Below are positions 31,296 through 42,009 of a DNA stretch of 64,000 bases, piece after piece; within the stretch, counting starts at the first letter, position 1; the number at the start of each line of letters is the position of its first letter. The stretch comes from a virus. The notes beneath the pieces were generated by a model. That model saw only the letters and a list, made by a program, of their open reading frames with translations, was not told where the DNA came from and searched no databases. The DNA lies in IMG/VR virus record IMGVR_UViG_3300042568_000467, positions 27,439 through 91,438 of that record; one strand, given 5' to 3'. The translations under genes and the position numbers were made by a program.

Positions 31296-31808
31296 CTAGA
31301 GGAATCTACCTACGGAATCTGTGATTCTAGAGTATTTAATCTCTAATATCACCTCTGCGGAGAAGAACCCCTGAAGCTCTTCTGAGGGGGCTGTTGGGGA
31401 TATATCTGCCACCCATATGCTATGAAATTTAAATTTATTTGACAATTCAGTCCATCTGTTAACATCTCTAGCAGACTCATCCATTCTTCTAAACTCATCA
31501 GTCATATAGTTTCTAATTTCATTTATGTCTGCCACAGACGTAGAATATAAAGTAAACATGATCTGCTCACAGCAGATTAGCCAGTTGTCTTCATACGACA
31601 TGCCAATCTTGTCGTAAACAATATGCTTCTTCCCACTTAAAAATTGATTCATTTCAGCAACTTGTTGAACTGGGATAATTGGAACAATGCTTTCATTTAA
31701 GTTGTCTGACCAATAGTCATCTTCATCAAATATATTACGGGTATATAGCTCTTTCCATAAATACTTGCGAAGCTCTAGCATGGCATCTAGCTTATAGTTA
31801 GCCGTCAC
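31296..31808 (-). CDS. tail terminator/completion protein
   Basis: synteny, directly upstream of major tail gene. Confidence 0.55.
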   Translation of the reverse strand: MTANYKLDAMLELRKYLWKELYTRNIFDEDDYWSDNLNESIVPIIPVQQVAEMNQFLSGKKHIVYDKIGMSYEDNWLICCEQIMFTLYSTSVADINEIRNYMTDEFRRMDESARDVNRWTELSNKFKFHSIWVADISPTAPSEELQGFFSAEVILEIKYSRITDSVGRFL

Positions 31809-32587
31809 ATTGCACCTCCAAATGACGCAGCAAGCGCCTCGTCAGCCTGAGACCTGATAAGGTTTGGTGAAAATGAATATTGAACTTTCTTAATATTAGA
31901 TGGAACTCTAAGTGCCTTAGTAAGACTTGAGCTAAATATTCTTTGAAATCCAGATTTTTTAATTGATTCATTTACTAACCTTCCACTAAAAAATCTTGAA
32001 TGCGCTAAAGTAAATTGGTTAGTAGCAGCAGATCCTCCAGGGCGCTTAACTGTTACAGATTGGCCCTTAGGCATAAAAACTGTTTCTCCATCAATTTCAA
32101 AAACTAATCGTTCTGAATTCTTAGGTCTAATAACTAATGGATTGCCAGCTTCCATTATAGAAGCTTTATTTTTAAACATATGCCTACGCTTTCCATTTGA
32201 TGAAGGAACCATAGATTTTGATGGCAAGAAATCATAGTTTAATCTAAAAGACAATCCTTCTTCAGAAATTTTATTTACCTTAAAAAGTCTGCCTGTTTTG
32301 TCTCCAGACTTTTGCCATTCATAAACATGGTGTAAGCTCTTAGGCTTTGATCTAGCTAATGCATCTATGTAGTTTCCAAAATCTTCAGAGACTTGATTAA
32401 AAATTGTATTTACAAATAAAGCTTTAAATTTAGCACTAGATGTTAACTTAGATATGACTGCTGCTTCATAGTATACAAATGCTGACACCTGAGCTACTGT
32501 GCTATCTTTTAAAGGTCCGCTTTGATTAGCATGCATCATTCTTTCAAGTCCGCTTGATGCTTGAACCAGTAATCCGCTATTGTCCAA
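31805..32587 (-). CDS. putative neck protein
   Basis: synteny; basic 260-aa protein. Confidence 0.5.
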   Translation of the reverse strand: MDNSGLLVQASSGLERMMHANQSGPLKDSTVAQVSAFVYYEAAVISKLTSSAKFKALFVNTIFNQVSEDFGNYIDALARSKPKSLHHVYEWQKSGDKTGRLFKVNKISEEGLSFRLNYDFLPSKSMVPSSNGKRRHMFKNKASIMEAGNPLVIRPKNSERLVFEIDGETVFMPKGQSVTVKRPGGSAATNQFTLAHSRFFSGRLVNESIKKSGFQRIFSSSLTKALRVPSNIKKVQYSFSPNLIRSQADEALAASFGGAM

Positions 32588-33005
32588 TTTGCTGGTTCTC
32601 CGATCTCTTCATAGATGAGCTATATGCAATTACACGACCAAATGGGTCGGTGACTGGCGTTGTTCCCATAACTTCAAATACAGTTGGAGTTTCGTTTGGA
32701 TAATTAATTTCATTCCAGATAGTGTTTCCATTAGAGTCCCTAATGTTTGTAACCTTTTCTCTAGATGTTAATTTTTCTGAAGTTCTAACTTGAATAACTT
32801 GATCGTTCAAATACTTATTTGAAAATATTTGCTTGTCACTAGAACGTGTAGTTGCAGAGTTGCTAATAACTCCTTTAGCGTGGCACGGTATTGTTTTGTA
32901 GTAATTCCATTCCCTAAGTATTGCTCCTGTATCAGGATCCTGAACCTCAAACTGTCTATATACATCTAGGTTCATAGACAAAACAGAGTCTATAATTCCA
33001 TTCAT
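32577..33005 (-). CDS. head-to-tail stopper
   Basis: synteny; QDPDTGAILREW...IPCHA, VFEVMG. Confidence 0.55.
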   Translation of the reverse strand: MNGIIDSVLSMNLDVYRQFEVQDPDTGAILREWNYYKTIPCHAKGVISNSATTRSSDKQIFSNKYLNDQVIQVRTSEKLTSREKVTNIRDSNGNTIWNEINYPNETPTVFEVMGTTPVTDPFGRVIAYSSSMKRSENQQIGQ

Positions 33006-33979
33006 CAGATAAGTATAACTTTAGAAACTACATAATCTGAGAGCAATTGATCTGCATAAAGATTTCCAGTTCCTGAAGTTGATCCACTTCCGTATTCAAA
33101 ATCCCAGTCAAATGTTGAAATTTTGGTAACATATTTGTTTCTCCACATGTTATCTTTGGAAAAATAATCTTTCATTAATTCCATTGCTGCAAGGTCTACT
33201 TCGTCTGGGACTGCTTGCCAGCCAAATTTTCCAAACACTGTGTATCTTACACCTCTTCTAAAAATTCCAGAGGAATCATTAATGCTTGGAGGAACCATGC
33301 CATTTGCAGTATAAACTGTATTGTCTAGCATGTTTGCTCTATTAATACGAAGAGCAAATCCACTTTCGGTAACATCTACCTTATAGTTCCAATTGTCAAT
33401 ATTATTTAGATTATCTTCTAAAAGAATATCATTTGCATGTAGTCTATATAATGACTCTATCCTAGAAGGCAGCATCAGTGAGTCTGAGTCTGTTCCATAA
33501 ACAGAACATACATCTGGATAATTATAAAATTTTTGACCTGTATAATTTTCTATTACTTTACGAGCATATCTTTCAGCTGAAACTATTTCTTCGTAAGATC
33601 TATAGTTTGGATCTGATGGGTCATTACCAATACGCAAATAATCATAAACTTGAGCATGATCAGCATATGGCTGAACAACAAAAAGTTTATGTTGTCTTGA
33701 CTGGAAACTTCCTTGAATATTATAAGACCAGACTAATTTAAAATCTCTAGCTTTATATGTTGCATCTACTGGTAGGTTTAAGCTATATACCCCTATGTCA
33801 GTTTCTGATTTTTGAGTAGTTAAACCTGAATATAATGGAGTTAATGGATTTATGGTTGTTTCTGGATCATTGCTTACATCATAGACTGCAACTGTTGGAT
33901 TAGAGTCTGCGTCTGTTGCTTCACCCCTCCAAAAAATTTTGTGTTTTACTGGGTTGGTAGATCCTACATAAATTTCCAT
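33005..33979 (-). CDS. head-to-tail adaptor
   Basis: ARKVIENYTGQKF, GKFGWQAVPDEVDLAA, ADQLLSDY. Confidence 0.7.
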   Translation of the reverse strand: MEIYVGSTNPVKHKIFWRGEATDADSNPTVAVYDVSNDPETTINPLTPLYSGLTTQKSETDIGVYSLNLPVDATYKARDFKLVWSYNIQGSFQSRQHKLFVVQPYADHAQVYDYLRIGNDPSDPNYRSYEEIVSAERYARKVIENYTGQKFYNYPDVCSVYGTDSDSLMLPSRIESLYRLHANDILLEDNLNNIDNWNYKVDVTESGFALRINRANMLDNTVYTANGMVPPSINDSSGIFRRGVRYTVFGKFGWQAVPDEVDLAAMELMKDYFSKDNMWRNKYVTKISTFDWDFEYGSGSTSGTGNLYADQLLSDYVVSKVILI

Positions 33980-33992
33980 GGCGTAGGTTTAG

Positions 33993-34388
33993 TTAGTTGT
34001 AATACTCCTGGACTTCTCTTGGAGTTGCTAATCTAAAACCCTCCTCCTTATCAAAAATTGCTTGCGCTGTTTCATTGTTCATTGCAATAAATGGGTGCTC
34101 TTTTGTGAACGTAAATCCCATAATATCATATCTAAAGTTATCTCTAGTCATTCTTACTAATACTGTGTTTTCTGGCTGTTCCGCCTTTGGATCAAACTTT
34201 GGCAATACTTCTACTGACATATCTTCTTCTTCCATCTTGTCCATGGTCTTGTTATATACAGACCAAGTAACGCCTTCTTCTGCAAGGGCTGCAATAATGT
34301 CGGCCTTGCTCTTTAGGCCATCTGTATCTACTGCAAAATCTTCTGCAATCTTCTTTATTTCAGATATCTTTAATGTCTCAAATGACAT
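33993..34388 (-). CDS. hypothetical protein, HeH/Rho-N-like N-terminus
   Basis: LKISEIKKIAEDF...KSKADIIAAL. Confidence 0.6.
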   Translation of the reverse strand: MSFETLKISEIKKIAEDFAVDTDGLKSKADIIAALAEEGVTWSVYNKTMDKMEEEDMSVEVLPKFDPKAEQPENTVLVRMTRDNFRYDIMGFTFTKEHPFIAMNNETAQAIFDKEEGFRLATPREVQEYYN

Positions 34389-34440
34389 GTAATTCTCCCA
34401 TTTCTACTCTAAACAATTATAGCATTACTAAATTAAAATG

Positions 34441-34474
34441 AAAAGCCCCCCAAAAATTAATTTAGGGGGCTTTT
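34441..34474. terminator. bidirectional-type terminator after capsid gene
   Basis: AAAAGCCCCC...GGGGGCTTTT. Confidence 0.8.
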
Positions 34475-34495
34475 AGCAGATTTAAATCCTATTAA

Positions 34496-35545
34496 TTAGG
34501 AAGCAACCTTAACGTCTTTAACGACTACCCAAGCATCTGCCTGCTCGATTTGAACGCCAACACGAGTATACATTGTGTACTCGATTGAGTCCTTACGTGG
34601 CTGGAAGAAGCGATATACAGTTACGTCACGCTTGATACCAATAACTACGTTATTTGGGAATGTCAAGTGGATGTCTCCGTGATCGCCAGTCTCGCCTGAA
34701 TATGAACCATCTTGTGATTCCTTTAGCATAGGAACTTCAACGATTGGAATTCCGAATGCAAATGGTGCTACATATCCTGCTGGACCACCAAGTCCTGGTG
34801 TTGTTCCACGGATAACGCCTGATGCGATATCTGATGGAATTGTTTGGTTTGTTCCAATGCTGTTAGCATATAGGAAATCTTGGATTAGGTTTGAACCTAC
34901 CAAGAAGCGTAGATCACCACGACGTTGCTTGTACTTACGTGGAAGTGCCTTTAGAGCCTTGTTGAAAAGCTCACGAGATACTCCTGCGCCTGCACCAGCT
35001 ACAACGTGACCGCTAGCCTTTGCCTTCTTTACAACGCCATCAAATGACTTGTATAGGTCATCGCTAGTCAAAGCTGTATTTCCGTTAAGGATTACATCTT
35101 CGATATCGTTACCTGCTTGTGTTGCCATCAAACGGGCAATGTGGTCTTCTAGATCTGGACCTTCAATGTTGTCTTCTAGAGACTCAGTTGAAAGCTCCCA
35201 ATTTAGACGAAGCTTCTTAGTTGTGATAGAGATCTTTGAGAAAGTAACTGCTGCGTTTGAGCCAGTTGCATCTCCTTCAGTTGCGAGAGTCATAAGCTTC
35301 TCACCAACGGACATACGATCAATTTCTGCTGTATCGCTTCTCATTCTGACTGTACGGGCGACCTTACCAATTACGGTTGCGTCGAACATATAATCTAGAA
35401 AGCGGGCTGATTGTTCTGCGTTTAGAAGTCCACCGTTGCCAGCTTCGCCAGCTACGTGTACTCCATTAGCGCCAGTAGTTGAGGCGAATGTCGCTGTTGC
35501 AGTTGTTCCTGCTGCGATTGCCTTTTCTAATGTTTCATTACTCAT
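34496..35545 (-). CDS. major capsid protein (HK97 fold)
   Basis: GGLLNAEQSARFLD, ELSTESLEDNIEG, ILNGNT, FGIPIVEVP; start likely 35545. Confidence 0.92.
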   Translation of the reverse strand: MSNETLEKAIAAGTTATATFASTTGANGVHVAGEAGNGGLLNAEQSARFLDYMFDATVIGKVARTVRMRSDTAEIDRMSVGEKLMTLATEGDATGSNAAVTFSKISITTKKLRLNWELSTESLEDNIEGPDLEDHIARLMATQAGNDIEDVILNGNTALTSDDLYKSFDGVVKKAKASGHVVAGAGAGVSRELFNKALKALPRKYKQRRGDLRFLVGSNLIQDFLYANSIGTNQTIPSDIASGVIRGTTPGLGGPAGYVAPFAFGIPIVEVPMLKESQDGSYSGETGDHGDIHLTFPNNVVIGIKRDVTVYRFFQPRKDSIEYTMYTRVGVQIEQADAWVVVKDVKVAS

Positions 35546-35562
35546 ATTATATTTCACCTACC

Positions 35563-36891
35563 TTATTTAATTAATTCTGTTACGGAACCGAGGAAAGAAC
35601 CGTTCCACTTTGATTTTTTGATTGTTACTTCCTGTGACCCGCCAAGGTCAGAGGACTTCTTAATTGCAGTCTCTGATTCTACTGCATCGACACGCTTTTG
35701 TACGCCATCAATCGTGTTCTTGATATCTTCTACAGCCTTTGAAAGTGCTGCATTTTGTTCTGCCAATTCTGAAATACGAACATCAGCGCTCTTGCTAAAT
35801 GCTTCAACTGTTTCTTTAATAGTTGAAACTTGAGTAGCATTTGCTTCTGAAGCCTTATTTAGTGTTTCTGAGAAAAAGCCTTTAAGATCGCCAAGCATCT
35901 TTGCAAAATCAGGTTCATCAACCACAACTTCTGATACGTCGGCTGCTTTTTCTAGAGATTCGGCAGAAGCGTCTGCTACTGCATCTGCAGGAGCTTCTTC
36001 AACAGCTGGTGCTTCCTCTGCGGGAGCATCTACTGCTGTGTCTTCTACGATTGCTTCTGGTGCTACTGCATCTTCTGCAATTACGTTTTCTGTATTTTCT
36101 GACACTTCTTTACCTCCTTCTATGTCTGCCTGTTTTGCAATTTGTGTTTCAGGCGTCGACAATCTTGACTTTTTGTGTAAATCAAGAATCTTATCTATTT
36201 CTTTTGCTTTGTTAACATCGTTTGACTCTACCCAACCAATTAATGTTGCAGGCTTACCTGTAACTGGGGAATCATAAGATGACTCTTTTGATACAAACAC
36301 TGAATCAGTATCTGCACAATAAAAAATATTTTCTGCTACAACTTCTGTTGCCATTCCTTTAAATACTAGCTGACCATTCATTTTCTGAACAGACAAGATG
36401 TTGCATAGTTCATTTGCTGGAGAGTCAACTACTGACAATTCCATCAATGCATATTCTTTAATAAATCTTACTGGCTTACCTGTAGACTTGTTAACTTCGT
36501 TTTCTGAATCTACAATCTTTCCGCCAATTGAAAATCCTGCTAATGTTCCATCTAGAATTTTTTCCCAAGTGTCTTGGGCACCTTTTGAAATGTATGCATC
36601 AACATAAACTCCATTGTAAAATTCTTTTGTTGTTGGATCATAAAATGTTTCTGGCTTAAATGAAACCATTTTGCCAACTGCATTTGATCCATGCATCTCA
36701 CGAATGTTTCCACGAAAACTTTCAAACGCTTTTAGACTTGCTTCAGCAGTAACAACATCGCCAGTCTGGTCGATATTATCTAAAGTTGCAAATCCTGAGA
36801 CAGTTCTTTTTTCACGGTTAACTTTAGTAAAAGGAACCGATAATGTAAGGTTGTCGCCATGCGAAGACCATAGTGATTTTTCAATGTTCAT
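35563..36891 (-). CDS. capsid maturation protease fused to acidic scaffold
   Basis: REMH, GFSIGG, ELSVVDSPAN protease motifs; Ala/Glu-rich coiled-coil C-terminus. Confidence 0.88.
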   Translation of the reverse strand: MNIEKSLWSSHGDNLTLSVPFTKVNREKRTVSGFATLDNIDQTGDVVTAEASLKAFESFRGNIREMHGSNAVGKMVSFKPETFYDPTTKEFYNGVYVDAYISKGAQDTWEKILDGTLAGFSIGGKIVDSENEVNKSTGKPVRFIKEYALMELSVVDSPANELCNILSVQKMNGQLVFKGMATEVVAENIFYCADTDSVFVSKESSYDSPVTGKPATLIGWVESNDVNKAKEIDKILDLHKKSRLSTPETQIAKQADIEGGKEVSENTENVIAEDAVAPEAIVEDTAVDAPAEEAPAVEEAPADAVADASAESLEKAADVSEVVVDEPDFAKMLGDLKGFFSETLNKASEANATQVSTIKETVEAFSKSADVRISELAEQNAALSKAVEDIKNTIDGVQKRVDAVESETAIKKSSDLGGSQEVTIKKSKWNGSFLGSVTELIK

Positions 36892-36898
36892 ATGCTTA

Positions 36899-36927
36899 AT
36901 TTTATAACGTTATTGTATATAAGGCAA
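36899..36927 (-). promoter_or_regulatory. leaderless promoter for head operon
   Basis: TTGCCT-17-TAAAAT-7 nt-ATG(36891). Confidence 0.65.
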
Positions 36928-36945
36928 ATAATCAGTTGAGTAAGG

Positions 36946-38529
36946 TTATTCGACTTGTCGTCCGTCGCCCTGAGTATTTCGGCCTTCTCCAGAAACATCT
37001 GGGGAATTTGCAGACCTTTCAGAATCTCTAGATCTGGTTTTTCCTGCCTGTGCTCTTGCCTCTGCCTGTTGCTGTGGCTTTAATTCAACAACTTTATCTC
37101 CGCCGTCAATAGGGACCAGACCCATTCTAATTCTTACCTCATTAGGGGTAATTACCTGCATCCTTAAATATCTCTCATCAATTTTTGACTGAGTATCTTC
37201 GTCGGTTAGAGTAAGCTCATTAAATTTAAGAAGTAAGGCATCTGTCATTTCTTCAATAATTTTATTTAATTTCTTTTCTAAATTCATTTGAGCTGGACGA
37301 CATACCTGCTCTCTGAATGTTTTGTCTGCATCTCTTGCGACTGCAAGGTTGACTCCTTCTGGAGTTCCAATTTTATTAATTGGGACACGATGAGATAATA
37401 GAATTTCGTCTCTATTAGATTTACGATATACGTTAAATGAAGACTCCTGAGTTCCAGCTTCAATTGGCTCCATCTTAAATTCAACCTTTGAGTCTGGTGA
37501 ATCTGGTGGAAGAGGAATGTATAAAGATCTATGATTTTTACCCCTTAGACCTACCTGGAAAAACTCGAGTAATTTACGCTCAGACTCTGTTGATAACTTA
37601 GCACCCTTTACGGTGATTATATATCTTGGAACCGCCTTGTTCTCAAAGTAGTCAAGGTTGTACTTTCCTGCAAACTCGTTTCCAGCCATAGCATTTGAAG
37701 ATGCCACGATATCTGGGATTCCATAGTAGTTATTTGTTGGCGTGTATTTCTTTAGATGAATAATTTCATTTGGTCTATCTAGTCCTCCTGCAATTGGGTT
37801 CTCTGTTTCTTGATCTCCAAAGTTGCGGAAGTATACTGCCTTACCGTATAACAACTGAATAAAGCCGTCACGAAGGCGACGAACACGCATTGTCTTTGCT
37901 GGGATATGTCCTATATATCCAATTCTTCCAGCAGAAGTTCTACCAATTTCTATATAACCATTTCCTGTTGCTTCAACATCAGTGTAGACTTTAATTAATG
38001 TTTCTGTAAATGTTTCTTCTTCGTTGCACTGCTCTAGCCAATCATATAAGTCTTGACGAAGTCTATTTAGCTTTCTACGTGCACGATCTAATGCTTTATC
38101 ATCTGTAATATTATCAAATGCTTCTTGAGTCTTACGTGTTTCAATAAAGTCGTGTCCAAGACCAACAATATTTGAAACCTTAGCGTTAATTGCTGAATAG
38201 TTGTATGGAGAAATTTCATAAATAGTTGAAAGGTAATCTAAGTTGTATGGTGGCTCTATAAGATCGAACATGGCGTAGCCAGTAATTGCTTGTGCCAATA
38301 AATTTTGTTGTGTTTCAGTTCCTTCAATACCTTGAAATCTTTTTTGTAATTCCCTACTCATCTTTCGACGGAATGCAGGACTTAAACCCGATATCTTTGT
38401 GAGGTCTTCTCCGCTTACCTTAAATAGGTCTGTGCTTGTTTGCTCTCTTGGAGTATTAAACTTCATCCAGTCGGCAACATTAGATATAGCGATCTCTTGT
38501 GAATCATTGTCTTCTTCGTATTGAATCAT
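36946..38529 (-). CDS. portal protein
   Basis: TGNGYIEI, NEIIHLK, YYGIPD, YFENKAVP, HRVP, ITPNEVR. Confidence 0.93.
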   Translation of the reverse strand: MIQYEEDNDSQEIAISNVADWMKFNTPREQTSTDLFKVSGEDLTKISGLSPAFRRKMSRELQKRFQGIEGTETQQNLLAQAITGYAMFDLIEPPYNLDYLSTIYEISPYNYSAINAKVSNIVGLGHDFIETRKTQEAFDNITDDKALDRARRKLNRLRQDLYDWLEQCNEEETFTETLIKVYTDVEATGNGYIEIGRTSAGRIGYIGHIPAKTMRVRRLRDGFIQLLYGKAVYFRNFGDQETENPIAGGLDRPNEIIHLKKYTPTNNYYGIPDIVASSNAMAGNEFAGKYNLDYFENKAVPRYIITVKGAKLSTESERKLLEFFQVGLRGKNHRSLYIPLPPDSPDSKVEFKMEPIEAGTQESSFNVYRKSNRDEILLSHRVPINKIGTPEGVNLAVARDADKTFREQVCRPAQMNLEKKLNKIIEEMTDALLLKFNELTLTDEDTQSKIDERYLRMQVITPNEVRIRMGLVPIDGGDKVVELKPQQQAEARAQAGKTRSRDSERSANSPDVSGEGRNTQGDGRQVE

Positions 38530-38873
38530 TACTGTCCCTCTGCCCTTAAATTTTTAATTTCGTCTTTATAGTTTCCAATATCCAAAGGATCAGGAACTAG
38601 TCCCCACTTAAGTCTTTGCTCTTGTTCTGCGTATTCTTCATCTGTAATTTTGCGTCTTGCTGAAAGAAATTTAGGCCCGCCTTCATATATACCGAATGTG
38701 CGAACTTCTCTAGCCAAAGCATCGATTCTGGATCTATTGCCTTTTTTCGACGTGATCGAAAGATAATTCCCATCTTCGTCTCCAATCCATCTGCCGTCTG
38801 GCATTTCCCAAACATATATGCCTAGCGTTGACTCTTCCTGCAGAATCTTTGTATTTGCTTTACTAATATCCAT
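38529..38873 (-). CDS. hypothetical protein
   Basis: stop overlaps portal start; leaderless promoter upstream. Confidence 0.7.
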   Translation of the reverse strand: MDISKANTKILQEESTLGIYVWEMPDGRWIGDEDGNYLSITSKKGNRSRIDALAREVRTFGIYEGGPKFLSARRKITDEEYAEQEQRLKWGLVPDPLDIGNYKDEIKNLRAEGQ

Positions 38874-38936
38874 AGAAGTTTATTTTACCATTCTTTATGG
38901 CCTAAGTCCAGCTTTTTGTCAAGGCAGATGACAAAA

Positions 38937-40691
38937 TTATATGCTTTGTAGAACGACCCAGTCATTATTATAATACTTTGTGGCTAATTCTGTCATGGTT
39001 ATGGCATTTTCTGTAATTGATTCCACAGGCTTTCCGCAATAAAGCTCGAAGTGGGTTTCAATTTTTGATGCTGTTAACTCAGAGTTGTAGGTAGCAATAT
39101 TCTTATAAAGGTTGCTTGGCCCTCCCGACCCCGACATAAGCTCATAATTAAATCTTAATTCTGCAGTTACTGGATCAGTAAATACGATTACAATGTGATG
39201 TGGCTCTTCTTCAACTAAATAGGAACTAATGTTTGTTTGATTAGTTACATCTACATTGTTTACATATATCTTGGCTATATTGGCCTTAGAAACCACTCCA
39301 GAGCCGTTCCAGGCTAGTCTGGTAGTAGAAGGGTTGTAGGCATACAAAAGGGTGTTAGCGGCCAACGTAAGGGGCGTAAAGAACATCTCTATAGACTTCA
39401 CAGAAGTAGATGAATTTAAACTAAATCCTGATCCACTTTTAGCCCTAATTCCATTCATATAATGTCTTGATAAAATTGGGTAATTCAAGGAGCCTAAGTA
39501 ATAATCAGTTGAAGAGGTTATTTTATCCCCAAAATTATCTGCATATATTGTTCTATCAGCATAAAATGTTATACAAAAGAATGATAGTTTTGGTAGATAT
39601 TTGCTTGCATCTGTAGTAGACATTGTAATTCTAATGTATACGTTACCGCTAGAGTTAAATGAATCTTTAGTATATTGTGGCAATGGCTGTCCATTTACAC
39701 ACTGAGAATATGCAATTCCATCTACACTAGACTCTACTGTAATTCCTAGATCATTCCGCCATTCAATTTTTGAAGTAGTTAAGCCTATTTGTGAAGGAAC
39801 GAAAAAGTAATCATTTATGATAAAGGTTTTGGCTTCGACTGTATCTGTTTTATAAAAAGAAATGTATCTGTTATTTGAATCGTAGTATGTGTTTTCATCT
39901 ACAAAATCTGACCACGCCTTGCTTGCTGGATATGAGTAGTCCATTACAGCTTTAATGTTTGCATCTGTTCCAGTGAATAATATTCCTTTATCTGGATAAA
40001 CAACATTAATTGCGGAAGTAGAAATATTTCCATCTACATAATGCTTTCTTATAGAATCAGGCTGTAGTCCATATCTGTATACAGCTGGAGCATCTATAAT
40101 AAATGTATCTCCGACAACTGATGTTGGGCCTACCTGTAATCCTAGTGTTGTGTTTGTAAATTTAAAATTAGATAAAGCTTTGGAGTCAACGGCAAATGAA
40201 TCTATATATAGGGTAATAGCTCCTACTGAGTAAACTCCGACAAGGTGTATGGACTTCTTACTGTATGTAACGCAGTATCTAATTGATTCTGTGTCTGATA
40301 CCTTAAATAATATATCTCCATTTTCCCAGAATAAACCTATGTCATTTGTTGGGTCTGCAAATATTGGTGTCTCTGAAGAAGATTCAATTGATGGGTGTAT
40401 CCATGCCTCTATTGTAAAATCATTATCTGAAGTATATTTTGTTCCAAAGCCCGCTCCGACAGTTGCTCCATAATAATCTTTTGTAACAGGTAAAGTTATA
40501 TATGCTGTATTTGTAATGCGGGTTCCAGAAACTCCACCAGAAACTAAGGGAAGTATATTTGATACAGGAGATCCTACATAGGTAGCATTATTTCCACATC
40601 CAGAAATATCTGTAGCGGTTGTACCAGAAGACTCATCCAGGGGCCAGAAGCCTATTGGGTAGTCCTTGATAACCTTCATCTGATATGTCAT
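38937..40691 (-). CDS. LamG/concanavalin-like virion protein
   Basis: PIGFWPLDESSGTTATDISG, FTIEAWI, HLVGVY...LYID. Confidence 0.75.
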   Translation of the reverse strand: MTYQMKVIKDYPIGFWPLDESSGTTATDISGCGNNATYVGSPVSNILPLVSGGVSGTRITNTAYITLPVTKDYYGATVGAGFGTKYTSDNDFTIEAWIHPSIESSSETPIFADPTNDIGLFWENGDILFKVSDTESIRYCVTYSKKSIHLVGVYSVGAITLYIDSFAVDSKALSNFKFTNTTLGLQVGPTSVVGDTFIIDAPAVYRYGLQPDSIRKHYVDGNISTSAINVVYPDKGILFTGTDANIKAVMDYSYPASKAWSDFVDENTYYDSNNRYISFYKTDTVEAKTFIINDYFFVPSQIGLTTSKIEWRNDLGITVESSVDGIAYSQCVNGQPLPQYTKDSFNSSGNVYIRITMSTTDASKYLPKLSFFCITFYADRTIYADNFGDKITSSTDYYLGSLNYPILSRHYMNGIRAKSGSGFSLNSSTSVKSIEMFFTPLTLAANTLLYAYNPSTTRLAWNGSGVVSKANIAKIYVNNVDVTNQTNISSYLVEEEPHHIVIVFTDPVTAELRFNYELMSGSGGPSNLYKNIATYNSELTASKIETHFELYCGKPVESITENAITMTELATKYYNNDWVVLQSI

Positions 40692-40712
40692 AATTATATT
40701 ATATACTAGATA

Positions 40713-41309
40713 TTACCTTTTATAAAAGAATATGGGAATTAGATATTTGTTCCCAGAGGTTGTTTCTGCAGGTTCATGAAATGTGTCCTTTGACTCAAAA
40801 ACAACAACGCTTCCAGCTTCTGGCTTAATGGATATATTGAAATCTGGAAAGTTTATCTCTCCGCCTTCATAGTCGTCATTTAAATAGACAACCATTGAAA
40901 CCGTTAGTGGATCTTGGTCATCATCATATGAGTCTATGTGGGATCCCATATATGCGCCAACATCATACTTCTTAATAAAAAAGGTTGTGGGCAAATATCC
41001 TGGCTCAATACCTGTATCTTTGCAAAAAGACTCTTCGATATTTATAACTTTGTAAGCTAACATAGAGCAAAGCTTTGAGTTTATTTTATCTCCGACTGTT
41101 TGATTTTTAAAATTGTTAAGTCGACATTCCTTTTGTTTACCAAAAACATCATTGGTTCCAGAAGAAGATCTCCACTCTTGCCATGGACCTATTTGTGGAA
41201 CATAAGATGGATCTAGATCAGACTCCTCTAGTTCTTTTAAAAATAGACCTGGATCCTCAATAACATTTCTGTAGTAATGCACCTTAGGATGAAGAACTTC
41301 TTTAATCAT
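40713..41309 (-). CDS. 2OG-Fe(II) oxygenase, prolyl 4-hydroxylase-like
   Basis: KY..G.YMGSHID, VVYLNDDYEGGEI.F, KPEAGS, FHEP, GNKY. Confidence 0.9.
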   Translation of the reverse strand: MIKEVLHPKVHYYRNVIEDPGLFLKELEESDLDPSYVPQIGPWQEWRSSSGTNDVFGKQKECRLNNFKNQTVGDKINSKLCSMLAYKVINIEESFCKDTGIEPGYLPTTFFIKKYDVGAYMGSHIDSYDDDQDPLTVSMVVYLNDDYEGGEINFPDFNISIKPEAGSVVVFESKDTFHEPAETTSGNKYLIPIFFYKR

Positions 41310-42009
41310 ATTTTGCCTTATATTGTAAAGGAGTTCCTTCTTCTTTAGCCTTAGCCCATTCCTTGTAAGTTTCTTCTTGCTCGGCTCTTGTTTGCTTCAA
41401 TTCAGCTTCCCACTCCGCTATTTGTTCTGGAGTGTATACAGCATCAGCATTATCCCAAAAAGATCCTACTGTATATCTTTCTGCATTCTTAACAGTTGAC
41501 ACTTCGTGCTCGTTGCCATAACCACCTTTAAAGAATGCTAGTCTTCCTGGCTTTGGTTTAATGACTATGTCATGATGCTTAAAGTTTAAATCTCCACCTT
41601 CAAAATTATCATTTAAATATAGGAATCCAGCATATTTACTTTTATAAAATGCAGAGGGAGTTCCATCTTCATGAGTATTGTCTGAATGAAAACTTGCAAA
41701 CGCACCGACTACCCACTTTTGTGCATGATAACTAACTTCAGATAGCTCTCTACCAAAACATTCTTCTCCAGCCTTTTTAATTTTTTCTTTCAGTTGTGAA
41801 AAATAATCTCTTGGTAAGCCAAATAACAATAGGTTGTCATCGTGTGGCCAATATCCCATTGCAAAAGATCCGTAGAATGAGATTTGATTCCATTCTAAAA
41901 ATCCTGCATTTACAATTCCATCCAGATATCCAATAATTGCACTACATTCTTCTGGTGTTATTAGATTATCTACAACAAAAACGTCATCCTTTAGCGTTAC
42001 AATTTCCAT
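41302..42009 (-). CDS. 2OG-Fe(II) oxygenase, prolyl 4-hydroxylase-like
   Basis: FHSD, LYLNDNFEGGDL, NEHEV, ERY. Confidence 0.9.
   Translation of the reverse strand: MEIVTLKDDVFVVDNLITPEECSAIIGYLDGIVNAGFLEWNQISFYGSFAMGYWPHDDNLLLFGLPRDYFSQLKEKIKKAGEECFGRELSEVSYHAQKWVVGAFASFHSDNTHEDGTPSAFYKSKYAGFLYLNDNFEGGDLNFKHHDIVIKPKPGRLAFFKGGYGNEHEVSTVKNAERYTVGSFWDNADAVYTPEQIAEWEAELKQTRAEQEETYKEWAKAKEEGTPLQYKAKYD

Noticed and set aside
36946-40691. Terminase next to the portal
   Set aside because: No ORF with terminase ATPase or nuclease motifs here; it is presumably outside the window.
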